DNA of 57,467 bases, filler included, from Platydemus manokwari (lineage: Eukaryota), in the NCBI GenBank assembly GCA_037951405.1. It is 5 parts of 5 records of this genome, joined end to end, with 100 filler letters (N's around TTAATTAATTAA, not from the genome) between each part and the next. Parts side by side here need not be neighbours in the genome. Positions count along the whole stretch, not along the records: positions 10,849 to 23,672 come from JBBMOY011953604.1; positions 23,773 to 32,996 come from JBBMOY011281206.1; 3 more parts are not named here. One strand, 5' to 3'. The stretch's first letter is position 1. Each line of letters begins with the position of its first letter. A model generated the notes under the pieces. It was not told the DNA's origin, did not search any database, and worked only from the letters and a program-made list of their open reading frames with translations. Positions 11,241 through 25,002 of this stretch are shown one piece after another. The position numbers and the translations under genes are program-made.

Positions 11241-11770
11241 AGCAAATATGAAAAAGGGTATTGCAAGCGCTTGGAAGGACTTATTAGTGATATATTAATT
11301 CTGTAAGCATTTCAATCGTTGTTTGTACGGGAAAAGATTCGTAATAAGGACTGATTACAAAGCGATTACATTCATGCTAAAGATAAAGAATCTCATAACA
11401 CCATATTTAGAAGCACGAGTAAATTATCTAAGTAGCCCTGATATAAACATTATCTTCAGAAAAGGATCTAATCATGGATATATAAACATGCTCCCACAAT
11501 ATCCAACTTTACATGAGTACCCATGCACGGGAAAAATCAAGACCAGGATATTAACAATATCGACAAATAACAAAGGGAAAGAATAGCAGATCAATAATGA
11601 CAAGATAGAAATTATAAATGAGAAATATATCGAACGCGATATAGTAACTTCATGCTGGAAGAAGACATAATATAAACTAAATAGAACAAAATCTGGATAC
11701 CAGCAGCGAAAAGAAGAGAAATAATTGATCACACACACAATTTCCTGTGTCACACAGGGGCGGAAAAGTC
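11241..11770 (+). mobile_element. Degraded Ty3/Gypsy pol fragment (RNase H-like to integrase Zn finger)
   Basis: LYGKRFVIRTDYKAITFM...YLSSPDINIIFRKG (RNase H-like) and IWIPAAKRREIIDHTHNFLCHTGAEK at 11691-11768 (integrase HH of HHCC), with stops and frameshifts. Confidence 0.85.
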
Positions 11771-13746
11771 ACACATTAAGAAATAATTTTGATATGAATT
11801 CCTTAATTTATGAAGAAACTATTTAAAGGAACTTTGCAAATTTTTAAATAATTAATTTTTATATTATTTATTTATTTAATTTTATTTTAATATTTTTCAA
11901 AATATACTTATATTTTTAATAAATTGGAATATATAATACATTGTATTATAAATTGCATGGTCAACTTTAATTAAATGTGGTTCATGATTTTAATTAGAAT
12001 AAGAATTATTTTTTAGGGCTCTACCATTTATATTGGATTCTTTGATCTTCTTAAGAATATTACCATTATTACTTCATTTTTAAATAAGCCTTTTTTATTA
12101 TAATACAGCAAACTGTAATTTTTTTTAAATATTATTCATGGTATGACATGCATTAAATATGACAGAAAATAACACGAAAAAACAATATTTTTTTAATTTT
12201 TAGGGTATGCCGTGAAATACAGGTACCTCCTATTACCAACGTTAATCCCGTCATCAGTTCGGTTAGCAAGAAATCACTAGTAAGATTACAACAACGTGGT
12301 AAGAAAAAATCATCATCGATTAATGCTTGAATCAAAAACTAGAAGATATAATGAGGTGTTTACACTCTTATAACACAGAACCATCCTTTTTCATGAATAA
12401 AATAAATATGATATAAAGTAGTAAGCAGGGCTAAGCAGTATGGTGATTCATTTGATCATCTTTAATGCTAGATGGTAGGATCATTATCAACACCGAGACA
12501 ACAATGAATGGTAATTTTTGAGGTGAGATGCTAGTTAAATATTGGATAGGGTCAATCTGTGAATAGTACGGAAATCTCCGTCGATTTTAAAACTCGAATG
12601 TAAAAAGAATATGGAAATTAGATACACTTTGAGAAATGTTTAAGAAAATTTACAAATGCTCAATTTATTAATGCTCAACTGCCAGAAACATCATTATAAC
12701 TTTTTAGAATTTTGATCAACATTGACCAATTTTATGTACCCATTAAATTCATTATGATCGATGAAGTGAACTTATATAAACTGATGATTTATCACGTATT
12801 AATGCAATGTATGACTTAAATTTATTTGATCGAGTGATTTTATTTATCATTGAAACCATTTTCACAATTTTACTCTAATTTTTTAAAGTGTTATTTGCTT
12901 ATATTTTTTACATTAAAACTTATTATGATTTTTATAGAAACCCTTTGGTAAACAATAAATTCTGACTATTAGTATTACATTAAGGCAAAATTAATAAAGC
13001 ACAAAGTTAATTTTGAAAGCAAAAGAAAGATTTTTGATTTATTGTTAGAATATAAAATCAAAATTAATGAAAGTTAATTTTTAAATTTCATTTGTTATAT
13101 AAATAGTAATAAATAAAATACAATTTAATGTTTCAACTAATCAACATTTTTAACAAAATTATAATCAATAAATTAGACATGTGTCATTTTTATCTTTCAT
13201 GGTTCAGTGAATTTTTATCTCAAGTGGTTAACCAAGTAATCAAGAACTAATTAGGTAATCTCTAATATGTAAAAACAATTAGATATCAACCTTTGGATGA
13301 ATAATGAGCATCAAATTTATTATAAACTCAATTGGCAATTAATACAAATTCCAAATCTATAATACAAATCAGATTTATGAAAATATTTGTTGTAGATATT
13401 TTTTCTTGTGAAAATATGGATAGCATTGGATTAATTAAATTACTTCAATCATGGTCCATAATATAAATATTAGAATACTAGTAATTCATTAGCTAATCTA
13501 TGCTACTACTACAAGTGAACTCGAAGTAATCCTGCCAATATTCGTATATCACAAATGATCAATAAAATAAATCAGTAAAATGAGTCTAGTTAAATGTTTA
13601 TTTGGCACAAGATCAGAATCAATATTAATCAAATCTGCTAACAAATAGCCATCGTTATTTGATGAATAAAAAATTCGTAAAATCATTTATGTTGTAGCGA
13701 TCAGAAAATCAATCAATAAAAGAAATAATAATAATTGAGCCAAGTT

Positions 13747-15283
13747 TTAAATGAAGCCTTGTCTTTTCAAAACCGATAACAAATAATCAGTATATTCTTC
13801 AAAAATTTCAGGTTTTAAAATATCACCATGGGAACCATTAAATTCTTTCAACTCTCCTCGTTTCATTTTGGCCAATCTTGCAGCCATTATTTTAGCATCA
13901 TCTCTCAGTATATCGTTAGAAGCTGCAACCAAATACACATACGGTAATATCTCAAGATCAATGTCGTTCAGAGCTGATATCGGTGAAAACAAAGGATCCT
14001 GAACCAATTCAGAGAACTTCTTTACGAATTTATTCGGTGTATATTTAAATACACTATTTGGAACATTGTCGTAATCACTATTAAATTGGTCAATATCAAA
14101 TTCAATTCATCAATTTATTACTTTCCTGATAGATATTGTTTCCAATCAACATTGTCTCTCACTTTCTTAACAACATCCTCACTCAAATGATTGTTGGTTG
14201 ACACGACATTCATACAATCTTGGAGGTCTTGATTCGATAATTCTCCAAGCCCATATTTACAAACCATACTCATGTACCAATCTCTGAAATATTTATTATA
14301 TCAGTCATGAAATAAAAGCACAATTCTTGCTTTTTTAACGTTTCTTCACGACTGTCATCGATAAATGACGGTGTGTTCATATCTGCCATTTGTAATGCTG
14401 GCACAATTGGAATTAGAGCTTTAGGTGCTCTCTTGATTTTACCAAGCTTCAATAATGACGCCAAATGATATCCGACAGAAACAACTAAATTACCACCAGC
14501 ACTTTCTCCTGCAAGTAACAAACTCGAAAAATCAATATTTTCATGAATCATTTTAATCTACCCATCACAGCTACTCGATTCGGATCCACATCAAATTTTT
14601 CAGCGTTTTCCATAAAATATTTAGCGCCAATAATGGCATCTGTGACACCAGCTGGAAATGGATGCTCAGGAGCTTTCCGATAACTGCAATGGAAAAAATG
14701 CATAAACACCAGTGATCTCGTTTATTCTCACTTTATCGATACAATTAATATATTCAATCGACGAGAAAGGTTAGCCAAGTACGGAGAGAAAAACTCTTAA
14801 CAATGAGATACAAATACTTAACAAAAACTTAAATTTAACTTGGATCACCGTGAATCCAGCCACTTCCATGTAAATGAATGATAGCAGGCCGATTTAATTT
14901 ATATTTAACAGGACTGACAAGTAATACCTCAACATCATCAAAGTGTTGTATGTCAATCTGTATATCAATTACATAGCAAATACACATTATTTTTTAACAA
15001 TACCGTTAAACCAGAACTATTGACATTTGTATATATCCTATTTGATATAAATTTCTCAAATCCACGGTAGAATCCATTGATTCCAAAGTAAGACTTCAAA
15101 CATAAATCCTCAAAAAACACATGAAAATGGAGAAAAACAATTATGTTTTACTATTTTCGAAACCATTAAAAAAGATGACATCCATATTGACGAAATATGA
15201 TGTTCATTTAAAAATTGGTAAATGATTATCGATCCAAATAAAACTAGAGTGCTGAAAATGAAAATCTTTTTTATAAATCCCAT
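13747..15283 (-). CDS. Arylacetamide deacetylase / NCEH1-like membrane-anchored esterase (HSL family), ~403 aa, 8 exons
   Basis: Exons 15283-15152, 15108-15004, 14957-14840, 14795-14732, 14683-14562, 14508-14331, 14283-14122, 14077-13747; introns 43-53 nt. N-terminal hydrophobic anchor, HGSGW, YRKAPEHPFPAG, DPNRVAVMGESAGGNL (catalytic Ser), DILRDD (Asp), GSHG (His). Confidence 0.92.
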
Positions 15284-17114
15284 TTAAAAAAAATTATGAA
15301 AATATTATTTAAACAAACTGGATTGATTTTGCAAATGACTTTAAACCTTACAATGAAATGATATAGTTGTTAATTTCCAGAAGACTGAGTATTTTATTAG
15401 ATTTCATTTACTCATGATTTTATTCTAAACTTGTCTTAAAAACACTAAATTTTATTATTTATTATGTAAACAGAATTATATTCAAAAAAGTTTTCTCAAT
15501 ATATTACTTAATTACAATATTATGTATATTGTTATGTAATATTTATTTTAATTTATCAAGCCAGTTTCAACATATGGTACCAGAAAAATATTCAATTTTA
15601 TATTTAATAGCTTATAATGACAATTTTGAAATAAAATTGATGTATTTATGATATTAATTTAAAGTGAACAATTAATTGTAGTTAATTTGTTCATTCTTAA
15701 AGTATTAAGTTATCCCTATAATACTATTTAGAAATAGTCTTTCACATCATACTTCTAATTTTTAAATTTATTTCTATTGCTATTATTCAACACGAATGAG
15801 TGAGTATTGTAAAGAATAATACAAATAATTTTGAAAAATCAGCAAGAAAATGTCAAAGCAAATAATTGATATTTCATATTTAATTACGTACAATTTGATA
15901 TATCATTTATCAAAATCAGTTCAGTAAACCATTAAAGTTTAAAATTTTAATTTTAATTTAATTTAAAATTAAAATGACTTAAATATAAACCTTCCAGATC
16001 TACCCAATTAAGGACTCAGAACTAGATGATTATCAGATTGAAAATCTAAGAACACTGATAAATCATGTATTTCATTTCGTAATTTTGATTTTTCATGGAA
16101 AATATAATTTTATATTTTTAAATGCCTTCTGACAAATATAAAGTTCATGTTGTAAAATTTTCATGTGAATTAATTTTTCTTTGCAAGTTAATATTATTAT
16201 CCTAATTATGTTAGTGTTTGGAATTTGGTGGTGAATTTCAAATAATTTGATTATTTTCTTTTATTTTTATTATTGTTAATGTTATTATCATTGCTATTAT
16301 CAAATTTTGATACATACAACTCAATACTGGCACACATAAATACTTATATCGCAAAATTCTCAACAATTGATTTTTTGTCATTTTAATCTTCTCTTAAATT
16401 GGGAACGAGAACCTTAAAATTGGATAAGCGAATGGCTATCATTCAGGACATCATAATAAAACCAATTACGTAAGTAATGCCATTATTGTAACTCTAAATG
16501 TGATAATAAATCTTACTATATTCTATTTGTTAAGAATTTATTAAATACTTGAAGACGCATTATTAAATGAAAAGGTACGTCTATGCATTGGTTCTTAAAA
16601 TGCCAAAGATTATGTAAACACATCTACAACCAATTATCGGTTTTACAATATTGAATAATTGAATAACAATTCAGAAAACTTGATTAACAAACAGATATCT
16701 TTGATAGTAAAGAATATTCTATTGAGAAAAAAAATTCAAATTATTCACATGAGTGACCATAAAATTTCTGAATTATTAAGTCAGTCATTTTGGTTCTCTA
16801 ATTTCGAATTTCCAAAATAATTTATTCAGCAGAAATAATTGTTTGCAATTAATCGAAATTTGGATTACATGATAACAACAACAATTACAATTGTAATCTA
16901 CAATGCTTGTGTTCCCGCGGAACACTTGGTACACACTTCGATGAGTCATACAGTAGTGCTATCGCCGCCATTCAGTAATGAAGCACATAAACATATACAC
17001 ACTCATTTACAAGCAAGCTCACAATTTAATAGATTGCAAATGAACAGTGGTTGTCATGATCTTATTAACCTTCAATTTAGAAAATCGATACAGAATAATT
17101 AGATTTTCGCTATA

Positions 17115-20100
17115 ATGGATGATGAATCGTCCATATTAAGTAGTATTTATTTCGATACAACGAGTATCACGAGTGATAGCACGATACCCGCCGAATTTTA
17201 TCATACACCAACGGGTTCCATACAAGATATCTGCGAATGTCCAACAAGCACCAATGAATCCGCCAATATAACTCCAAATTTTCACGATTTAAAAATTTTA
17301 GAAACCGATTTAAATGAACATATGGAATTAGAGAAAAACCAACTAGTAAATGAAGAGACTGAGATTATAGAACCAACTACTAACGAATTATTGTTGGCTT
17401 GTCCAATAATTGAAAAACAATCAAGCATTAAAGAAATCGATGAGGCTTCAGCTGAACCATCACCAAAAAAAAGAAGTTGGAAACGAGATTTCATGAGAAG
17501 GTTATCATTCAGCCGTTCGAGAATCATGAAATCGTTTTCTTTTAAAAAAGAGAATATGGATTCTGCATCAACGAGAAACATTTTCCGAATTTTGAGACAT
17601 TCATTCCGAAGAAAAAGATCGTTTGATAAGAACTCAAAATCAAAGAAATCTAATAAAAAAGATGTAACAAAATCGGCATCGGTGGTTCTTGGATCAGATT
17701 GTGATTATTTCAATTTTGAAAAGGATTTGGTGAGCTTTATTTTTAAATATTAAAAAAAATATTTCAAGTTGATGATTTGATTCAATTCTTGGCATGATTT
17801 GTGGAGCAAATAATTTGAAATTCTTTCGGTGCTTTGATATTGCTTACAATTTGATATTAAATAATCCAAAACAAATTTTTCGATATCAATTGATGGCAAA
17901 CAATTTTTAGATTTTGGAATTTATTAACAAATTTGTTTTTGACTACTTGAAGTTTTTGCATAATTTCTATGCGGAACTGAATGCTTCGATGAACATAATT
18001 AATTAAAATGGTAGTTTTAATTATGGAGATCTTTACTCAAATTATGAATGGATATTTTCGTTGATATATTTTACGTGAAAACATTTCTGATCAATAAATC
18101 AATATAATATTATAATAAATGACCATTAGGATCTTTTAATGAACAATTCAAATGACCTCGAGTTTTCAATTCGTTCTCCAATATATTCATTTTTTTAAAT
18201 AACCCCATCAAGAGCCTGGAGAAAATCTTTTTAGCAAAGATTCGAATCTTAATTAATTATATTGTACGACTATAAGCTCTACATTTTGGCAAGTTTGACA
18301 AGAATAATTCTTATAGAGTTAGCTAGAAAGACACACCAACCTTTATAGTATAAATATTAATAGAAGATGAAATGGTTCTGAGTCAAATGTTGACTAAATT
18401 GTTGAGATTCTTTGGAAATCCAGATGATTCGAATTTAATTATATTAGGCAATTCGATAAGTTGTCTATCATCGGGTTATTTTCCTCTAACTCAAACAAAA
18501 CCATTGTAAAAGATTATTATTGGAATAAATAAATATAAAATTTCTTAAGAAATTTATAATTATATTATTTTATAATTCTGAATTATAATTTAAATCTTTA
18601 TATCGTCGTTACAAATCTTTCCAAAAATAATGAACGAAATGTATGTTTAGCCACTTCTTTCATCTTATCATATGGTTGACCACAAAGTAATTCCATATTT
18701 CCCTTACGTGCCGTGAAATACAATTTAATTAATCGTTAACTTGTTATGGAAAACTAAAGTGCAGGATTTGGTTTACAATTGTCTGTGTGAGGTTTATTTA
18801 AAAAATTGTGTATGTTTTGCACTGTGAAGATTATGTAAGAATATGGATTTGAAATTAAAGAACTGGTCTGTTGCAATCGCGATTAAGCTATTAACAGAGA
18901 TTCCTCACGCTGTTCAAACAAGAATTGTTAAAAATAAATTTCATGTTTCGCTTAAGTATTGCATAGACCAAAACATTTTTAACCTGGTATCAATGTTCTA
19001 ACTAATCCTCAAACAATATATTTAACGATAAATATAATTCATTATTTTATGAATTTTAGGATAGCCCTGATGGAATAAATAGAGACGATCCACGAGTACC
19101 TATAGATGTGGAATGTTTGGAATCTACTCCAATTAAACCGAGGCGCCAATTTACACAGGAAAAATATCTAACAGGTTCTGAAGACATTTTAAAAGTAGGA
19201 TATTTTCATTATTATTCTGATATAGAAAGACAATATTCATTCTTTTCAGTGACTTAGTAATGGCCATTCTTAAGTTTTTTCTTTATTTTATTTCTTAACC
19301 AATTTTTAGCTTTAAAATATCTTTTTTATTTTAGAAAATGAAAATAATTCCTTTTTAAATTTATATGGTCATATATTTACCAAATTGATTGACATTTTAC
19401 CTTCAAAAACATTCTCAGTTTCAACTGTATATAAAATTATAAAACATAAATTATATCTCCGAATCTTTAGCACATTAAGCTCAAATATCTAATTCAATAC
19501 ACTGATTTTCAGATTCAAAATAGACATTTAACTGTCAGGATATAAAACAATTTTAGAAATATCATTAACAGGAACCGTCATTAGCTAAGATACAATTACA
19601 ATACACAACATAAATCGGAGTTACGGATGATGGTAATTACCATACTATTGTCGGTTTATTATTCTCCATTTAAAATCAAGATTTTGAATATCAGACTTCT
19701 ACATTAGAAAAATGATTTTATAGGTAAATTGTTTGATAATGTTACAAATTATTTAAATCAAAATCCGAGTTCTGATTTAAGAATCTGTATTAACTAATGT
19801 CAAACAAGGTAAATCACAAAATCAAATGAAGTGTGACCAAATATAAAAGTAGTTTCATTTCATATTTTTCATATGGTACCAAATGGCTTTTATTAATTCT
19901 ATTGAAGACATGAGAAACTGGTCAATTGATATTTTCATCGATTTTAGAGCTTCTGCAATCAACCTTATCGCAATTTTAAACCTGAAATATCACAAAATTA
20001 TTTATCGTATAAACGTGACATATATGATAACTGGATGATATCGTGGGCGTATAGAGTTCAAATATACACTGAAATTGTATTAATTATGATTTTTTTCGTT

Positions 20101-23100
20101 ATGATAGGTATGTTGATTAAACTATTTTAATGTCAAGACGATTGGAGCATTTAATAGGGTCATCTTTTACTCTACCAAGTACCAGTTGGAAAATTGACTT
20201 CAGTCCCGCCTAATCTATTCATATTATATTTTCTAATTACTGTTTCTTTTAATATCATTTACATCTAGAATTTGTTCACCTGTTTCCATTTCCTGATAAT
20301 TATCAGTATTCCCTTATATATTATATGGAGTTATCTGAAGACAATCTTTGAAGAGAAAAACTACAATCAATGTTTCTTTAAATATATTTCGATTTTAAAA
20401 TTTAAGAGAATCTACATGCATTATTTTATTGTTTTGTCACTGCTTGTTTTCAAACCAAAGTCAATTTTGACCTAGACAATATTGTAAACGTGAAGCAGTG
20501 AAATCTCAAACATAACGAAATATTTTATTTGATATATGTGTGCATTCTCGTTCAATGGTTGCTCTCAATTCCGTAACTGTTGCAGGTTTCATATCGCAGA
20601 CCTTTATGAACCTACATAAATTGTCTTGTGTTTTGGAGTATGTTAAACGCGCTGCTTATTCGACGAAACCCCTATGTCTACCCCATCTGTTTAACGAGAC
20701 ACCGTCACGATGGCAGTGTGAGGGGTGTATCATCTTGATGAAAAAGCTCTGAGAAAAATGTTTTAATAAACATTGACTTTACAATTAATTAAAGTGTGTT
20801 TACCGGTATGTTTTGGCGACACACTGGATAAAGTAAATATTTATTTTATTAAATAGATCCGAATAATCGAACTTACAGAATTCATTCATAATATCGAAAT
20901 GTGAAATGAAATCTGATATAATAATTGGAAAAGTGGTGTCACTTTATTTTTGATGATTTGAAGTAAATTTGTCCTTGCAAAATCCATTATTGAATTACTT
21001 CCAAACTGACTTACAAATGAGTTTCAAATAATTTTCAAATTTATCTTCGAACTCAAATCAATTTTAATTTAAATCATCTGTTATTTCTTTATGAAAACAA
21101 TATTATCATAAACCATTCTCATTTCTTTCAGAAAGCCTTCAATTCTCTCAAAAGGAAATCACATTTACAAGACAACAAATCCTTATTTGATATCTGTTCA
21201 ACGGTATCCTGGGTGTTCATTAATGATATCAATGGCAAACCACCATCAGCAACGGATGTTGAAATTAAAGTTCGTAAATTCATTGATAACTGTGTCAATT
21301 CTTTCATCAAAGTTCATGATAAACAAATCGAAAACTCTTTGGAAATGATAAACAAGGCCATAGGACAACATATTGATTTGTTTTCTGATGATTTAGATAT
21401 TATCAATAGATCCAAAAAATATCAAATAACAGAACTCCATGGTTCGAAAGGCGTCTGTGTGGTCACTAATTTATCAAATAAAAGACAATTTGTAGCCTTA
21501 GTAAGAAGTTTTACGATTTTTTTTAATTTTATTGATTTTTATTTTTTTTTAATGTAATTCCTTTGATGTAACTAAATCTAGATTTAGAAAATAGATTCGT
21601 CTATACTGGAACTTGAATCTAGTAATTTAAACTCAACCTCCTAGAAGGTATAGAATTCGATTTAGTTGTTTCTGTCCTGCAGAAAGCTGATAGGAATAAA
21701 TTAATAGCTTTTTATTTTCCATTCTGTAACAATAATCACATCAAATAATAAAATTATAAAATGATATAAGTAGTTATATTTGGAATAAATGATAAATTGA
21801 GGAATTAATTTTAGTTGATTTTATTCAATAAATAAATCAATAAACTATAAAATATACTTGAAAATGATAAATATTTATTTGTCACTAACTAAATTAATAT
21901 GTTCGCTAATAATTTCCAATAATACTTTAAATACATTTCTCATGACCTCGATTTAATATTTTATTTCGAAGAATTTTCTCTCCAATAAATATATTACCTA
22001 AATTGCTAAAAATTTGTAAGGGTATTATATAGAAACATCTCTTCATTTTGAAAACAAACAGTCAGGATCAAATTGGTACCATGGCAACAAATTATTAAAG
22101 GCTATTTTCAAAATCGACTTCATAAAAAATGTTGTCTAATAATATGTTTTTATAATTAACCTATTGGTGTAAATTAATAATTGAATTAAAATATGAATAA
22201 TTTGGTAGATATTTTGTACTATTGGTAAATATCTTAAAGTATTTATTGGAATTTATTCTTGACGCCTGTTATGAGAATTTTGATCTAAAAATAAATTACC
22301 AAAGCTTGATGTTGGGGATAAAAGGATATCGACTCATAATCACTGCTCAAACACTATTCGTCACTTTGCAACTAAATGATTTCCGGCCTAAATCTCAAGC
22401 GTCGGAATTTAAGCATTGCTTAGTCTGAGTTTCTATCCAGATGATCGATTGTAGTTAATATTATTTTAACATAATATCTCACATCATTTAAGTACTTGAC
22501 GATTTTGTGTTAATAAAGATAACAATGGAAAATACTAATGGAAAACTATTTTACAATAAAACTATGATTGGTTTAAATTATCTTGAATAAACCTTCTTAA
22601 AAAGCGATCCTTGTAATAATTAATCAAATATGAAAATAAAGGTTGAAAGCAACGTAAATTAATTGTTTGTAACAAGGATTATTTGTCCAGCTGCAGCAAA
22701 TTGATTTAGTACTGAACATACACCATAATCAATCAATATTAATATGATTATCGGATCGGTGTAGAGATTGATAGTACTAATGATTGGTATTAATAAGATT
22801 TAAGCAATGAAACAGTAAATTGAACAAGATGCAAAAGAACAACAAATTATTTATTAATTTTTACAATATTTATATTATTAATATTTTATTTTTACAAAAT
22901 TATTATTTGCAGAAACGAAATTGTTCAAAAAATTGGATACTCTTTAACAGTTTCCTACAACACACCCAGGAAGTCAATAACTTATTTCCAGATCAGGAGT
23001 GGATTTGTTTTCCAGCTCAATCTATTACAAATTTGTATATTGAAAATCATTATTTTTCTTCTGTCACTGCAGACTTGAAGCTATTATTGAATGCTATTAT

Positions 23101-23455
23101 TCAACTTGTTATGATATTATATTCTCAAATGATGAATAATTTGGATGTAAAAATCAATCCTTTCAATGTTATGCTGATATCTTCAAATTTATCAATAATT
23201 TTTGTTTTCGTAGAAACTATCGAAGATAATAATACGGTCGATGTAGATAACGAAGTATTGAGTTTCGAGGTTTCCAACGACAGTGATATTCGACGAACTT
23301 ATCAAGATTCTCTAACATTAATAAATAAATATGTTGAACGATTTCTATCTTTGCCGGGAAATATTTCTCATTTGATAACAGCATCATATCCTCTTGATTA
23401 TTTATTTTTTCTTTTATTAAAATTAAATAAAGATAATGTTACAGATAATATGTAA
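17115..23455 (+). CDS. 553-aa protein: acidic/disordered then basic N-terminus, C-terminal degenerate kinase-like domain (candidate pseudokinase)
   Basis: Exons 17115-17729, 19060-19194, 21132-21500, 22913-23455; all phase-0 GT-AG, giving one open frame. The splice creates FVAL|K. Downstream DVKINPFNVML resembles a decayed catalytic loop. The gene model is better supported than the kinase assignment. Confidence 0.7.
20530..20828 (-). mobile_element. Tc1/mariner (rosa/DD41D-like) relic inside an intron
   Basis: Minus-strand fragments FHQDDTP, HRD, NRWGRHRGFVE and KPATVTELRATIEREC match the FQQDGAPPH..RWIGR..KP-T--EL---I pattern. TIR-like CAGTGTGTCGCCAAAA at ~20810-20826. Confidence 0.7.
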
Positions 23456-23672
23456 TTAATTCTATTGTATTTTTAAGTTTGATAATGCTTACGCCTTTTG
23501 TATTTAGTTTTGTACTAAGATTTAATATAATTATATTTTTTTGTTAATATAATTACAATTATGCACTGTTGTTGATTTTTTTATTTCATACCATAATATT
23601 AAAATTTGTTTACGAAAGCTATTGTTAATATTATCATATGATTTTCACAGCCTAATTTAAAAGAAGATATAA

Positions 23673-23772
23673 NNNNNNNNNNNNNNNNNNNNNNNNNNNN
23701 NNNNNNNNNNNNNNNNTTAATTAATTAANNNNNNNNNNNNNNNNNNNNNNNNNNNNNNNNNNNNNNNNNNNN
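23673..23772. other. Artificial contig linker
   Basis: N44-TTAATTAATTAA-N44. Confidence 0.97.
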
Positions 23773-23902
23773 TCAATAATTTAAGTAATTATTTTTCAAA
23801 AAATGACTGCCATTACCAATTCGCGTGTAATAATTAGATAATTTCACGAGCCCGTAGTTAAGTGATCAAATTTACTAATTTATTGTGAAATTTCTTTGAT
23901 AG

Positions 23903-25002
23903 ATTTCATAAATCAGAAAAATCTTGAATACACTTTTATAGGGAAATTGTATTTGAAATATATTCAGGTACTTCTTAGAGGAGATTCATGCAGTGTATAT
24001 AAATCACTTGAACAGTTTGCAAATAAGAACAATTATTTAAAGGGTAAATCAGATATACTTTGTTCGATTTTTGAGGTCAACGATATCAAGTGAATTTGAT
24101 GTCGATATTTATAATATATAATTTGGTTAATAATATCCAATTTGAATAACTTTCTCGCCAGTTTTTCTAGCCCACGTATTAGTTGTTAAATATCATTTCA
24201 GAAATTAGGTTTGTGATATTTTTCCTACTTGCTTACTTATTAAGGTATATTATCACATTTGTGACTTTATTTTAATTTACTAATATTGCGAGAACCTCAA
24301 TATTTAGAGAAATTCAGAATAGTGACATCTTCATACGGCTACTTCGTCAGTAATTATATTCTTGTTTTTATCCAAAATTTTACGTTTTTCTCGCACTAAA
24401 TTTAAAGTCCTTCAAGGAAACTAATTTGTAAGCATTTTCATTGATACATTGGTGCTTTGCTTAAGATCAATCGCAAACAAATCATAATAACAATGATAAA
24501 GTATTCAGTAACTATAATTCAGTAAATATAAAGCAACTCTATTTTGCTTTAAAAATATAACTTTATTTTGAAATATATAATGGAATTTAAAGTAGATATG
24601 TGACAATTGAAAAACAATATTAGTAAATTTAATTGATAAATGTGAAAGTCCACTATTCACACCTAGAGACAGGCAGGTATATCAAGTTTATAAAGAAATG
24701 TCAAATAGTGAATTTTCCAATTACAAGAAATGGTAGCAAATATTGAACTTGACTTGTTTAATATAAGTAGTAAAAATCGTTGAACAGAATCCGTACATAC
24801 TTTATTCCTTACTTTATTGTTCAAGACACGGTGGAGTATTATTTAGTTTTCGACAATTGACCTAAATTAAAATTCTGACATATATTAAAGTTTTAATAAT
24901 TGATATAATTACGTGTTTTCATTATATAAATGTATTTTAGTGTCAAGTGTTTCAAAACTCATTGTGGAAACCGAAGTAGATGAAGAATCAAACAAGTACT
25001 AA
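23903..25002 (+). CDS. Possible last two exons of an unknown gene whose 5' part is off the contig
   Basis: Exon 23903-24043 (AG|..FINQKNLEYTFIGKLYLKYIQVLL..YLK|GTAAAT) and exon 24941-25002 (VSSVSKLIVETEVDEESNKY*) are both phase 1. AATAAA follows the stop by ~25 nt. No homology recognised. Confidence 0.4.

Noticed and set aside
17282-17581. Antisense ORFs (also 4816-5055, 11472-11753, 21128-21310, 29924-30249)
   Set aside because: They overlap better-supported exons or TE frames on the other strand or frame and have no motifs.
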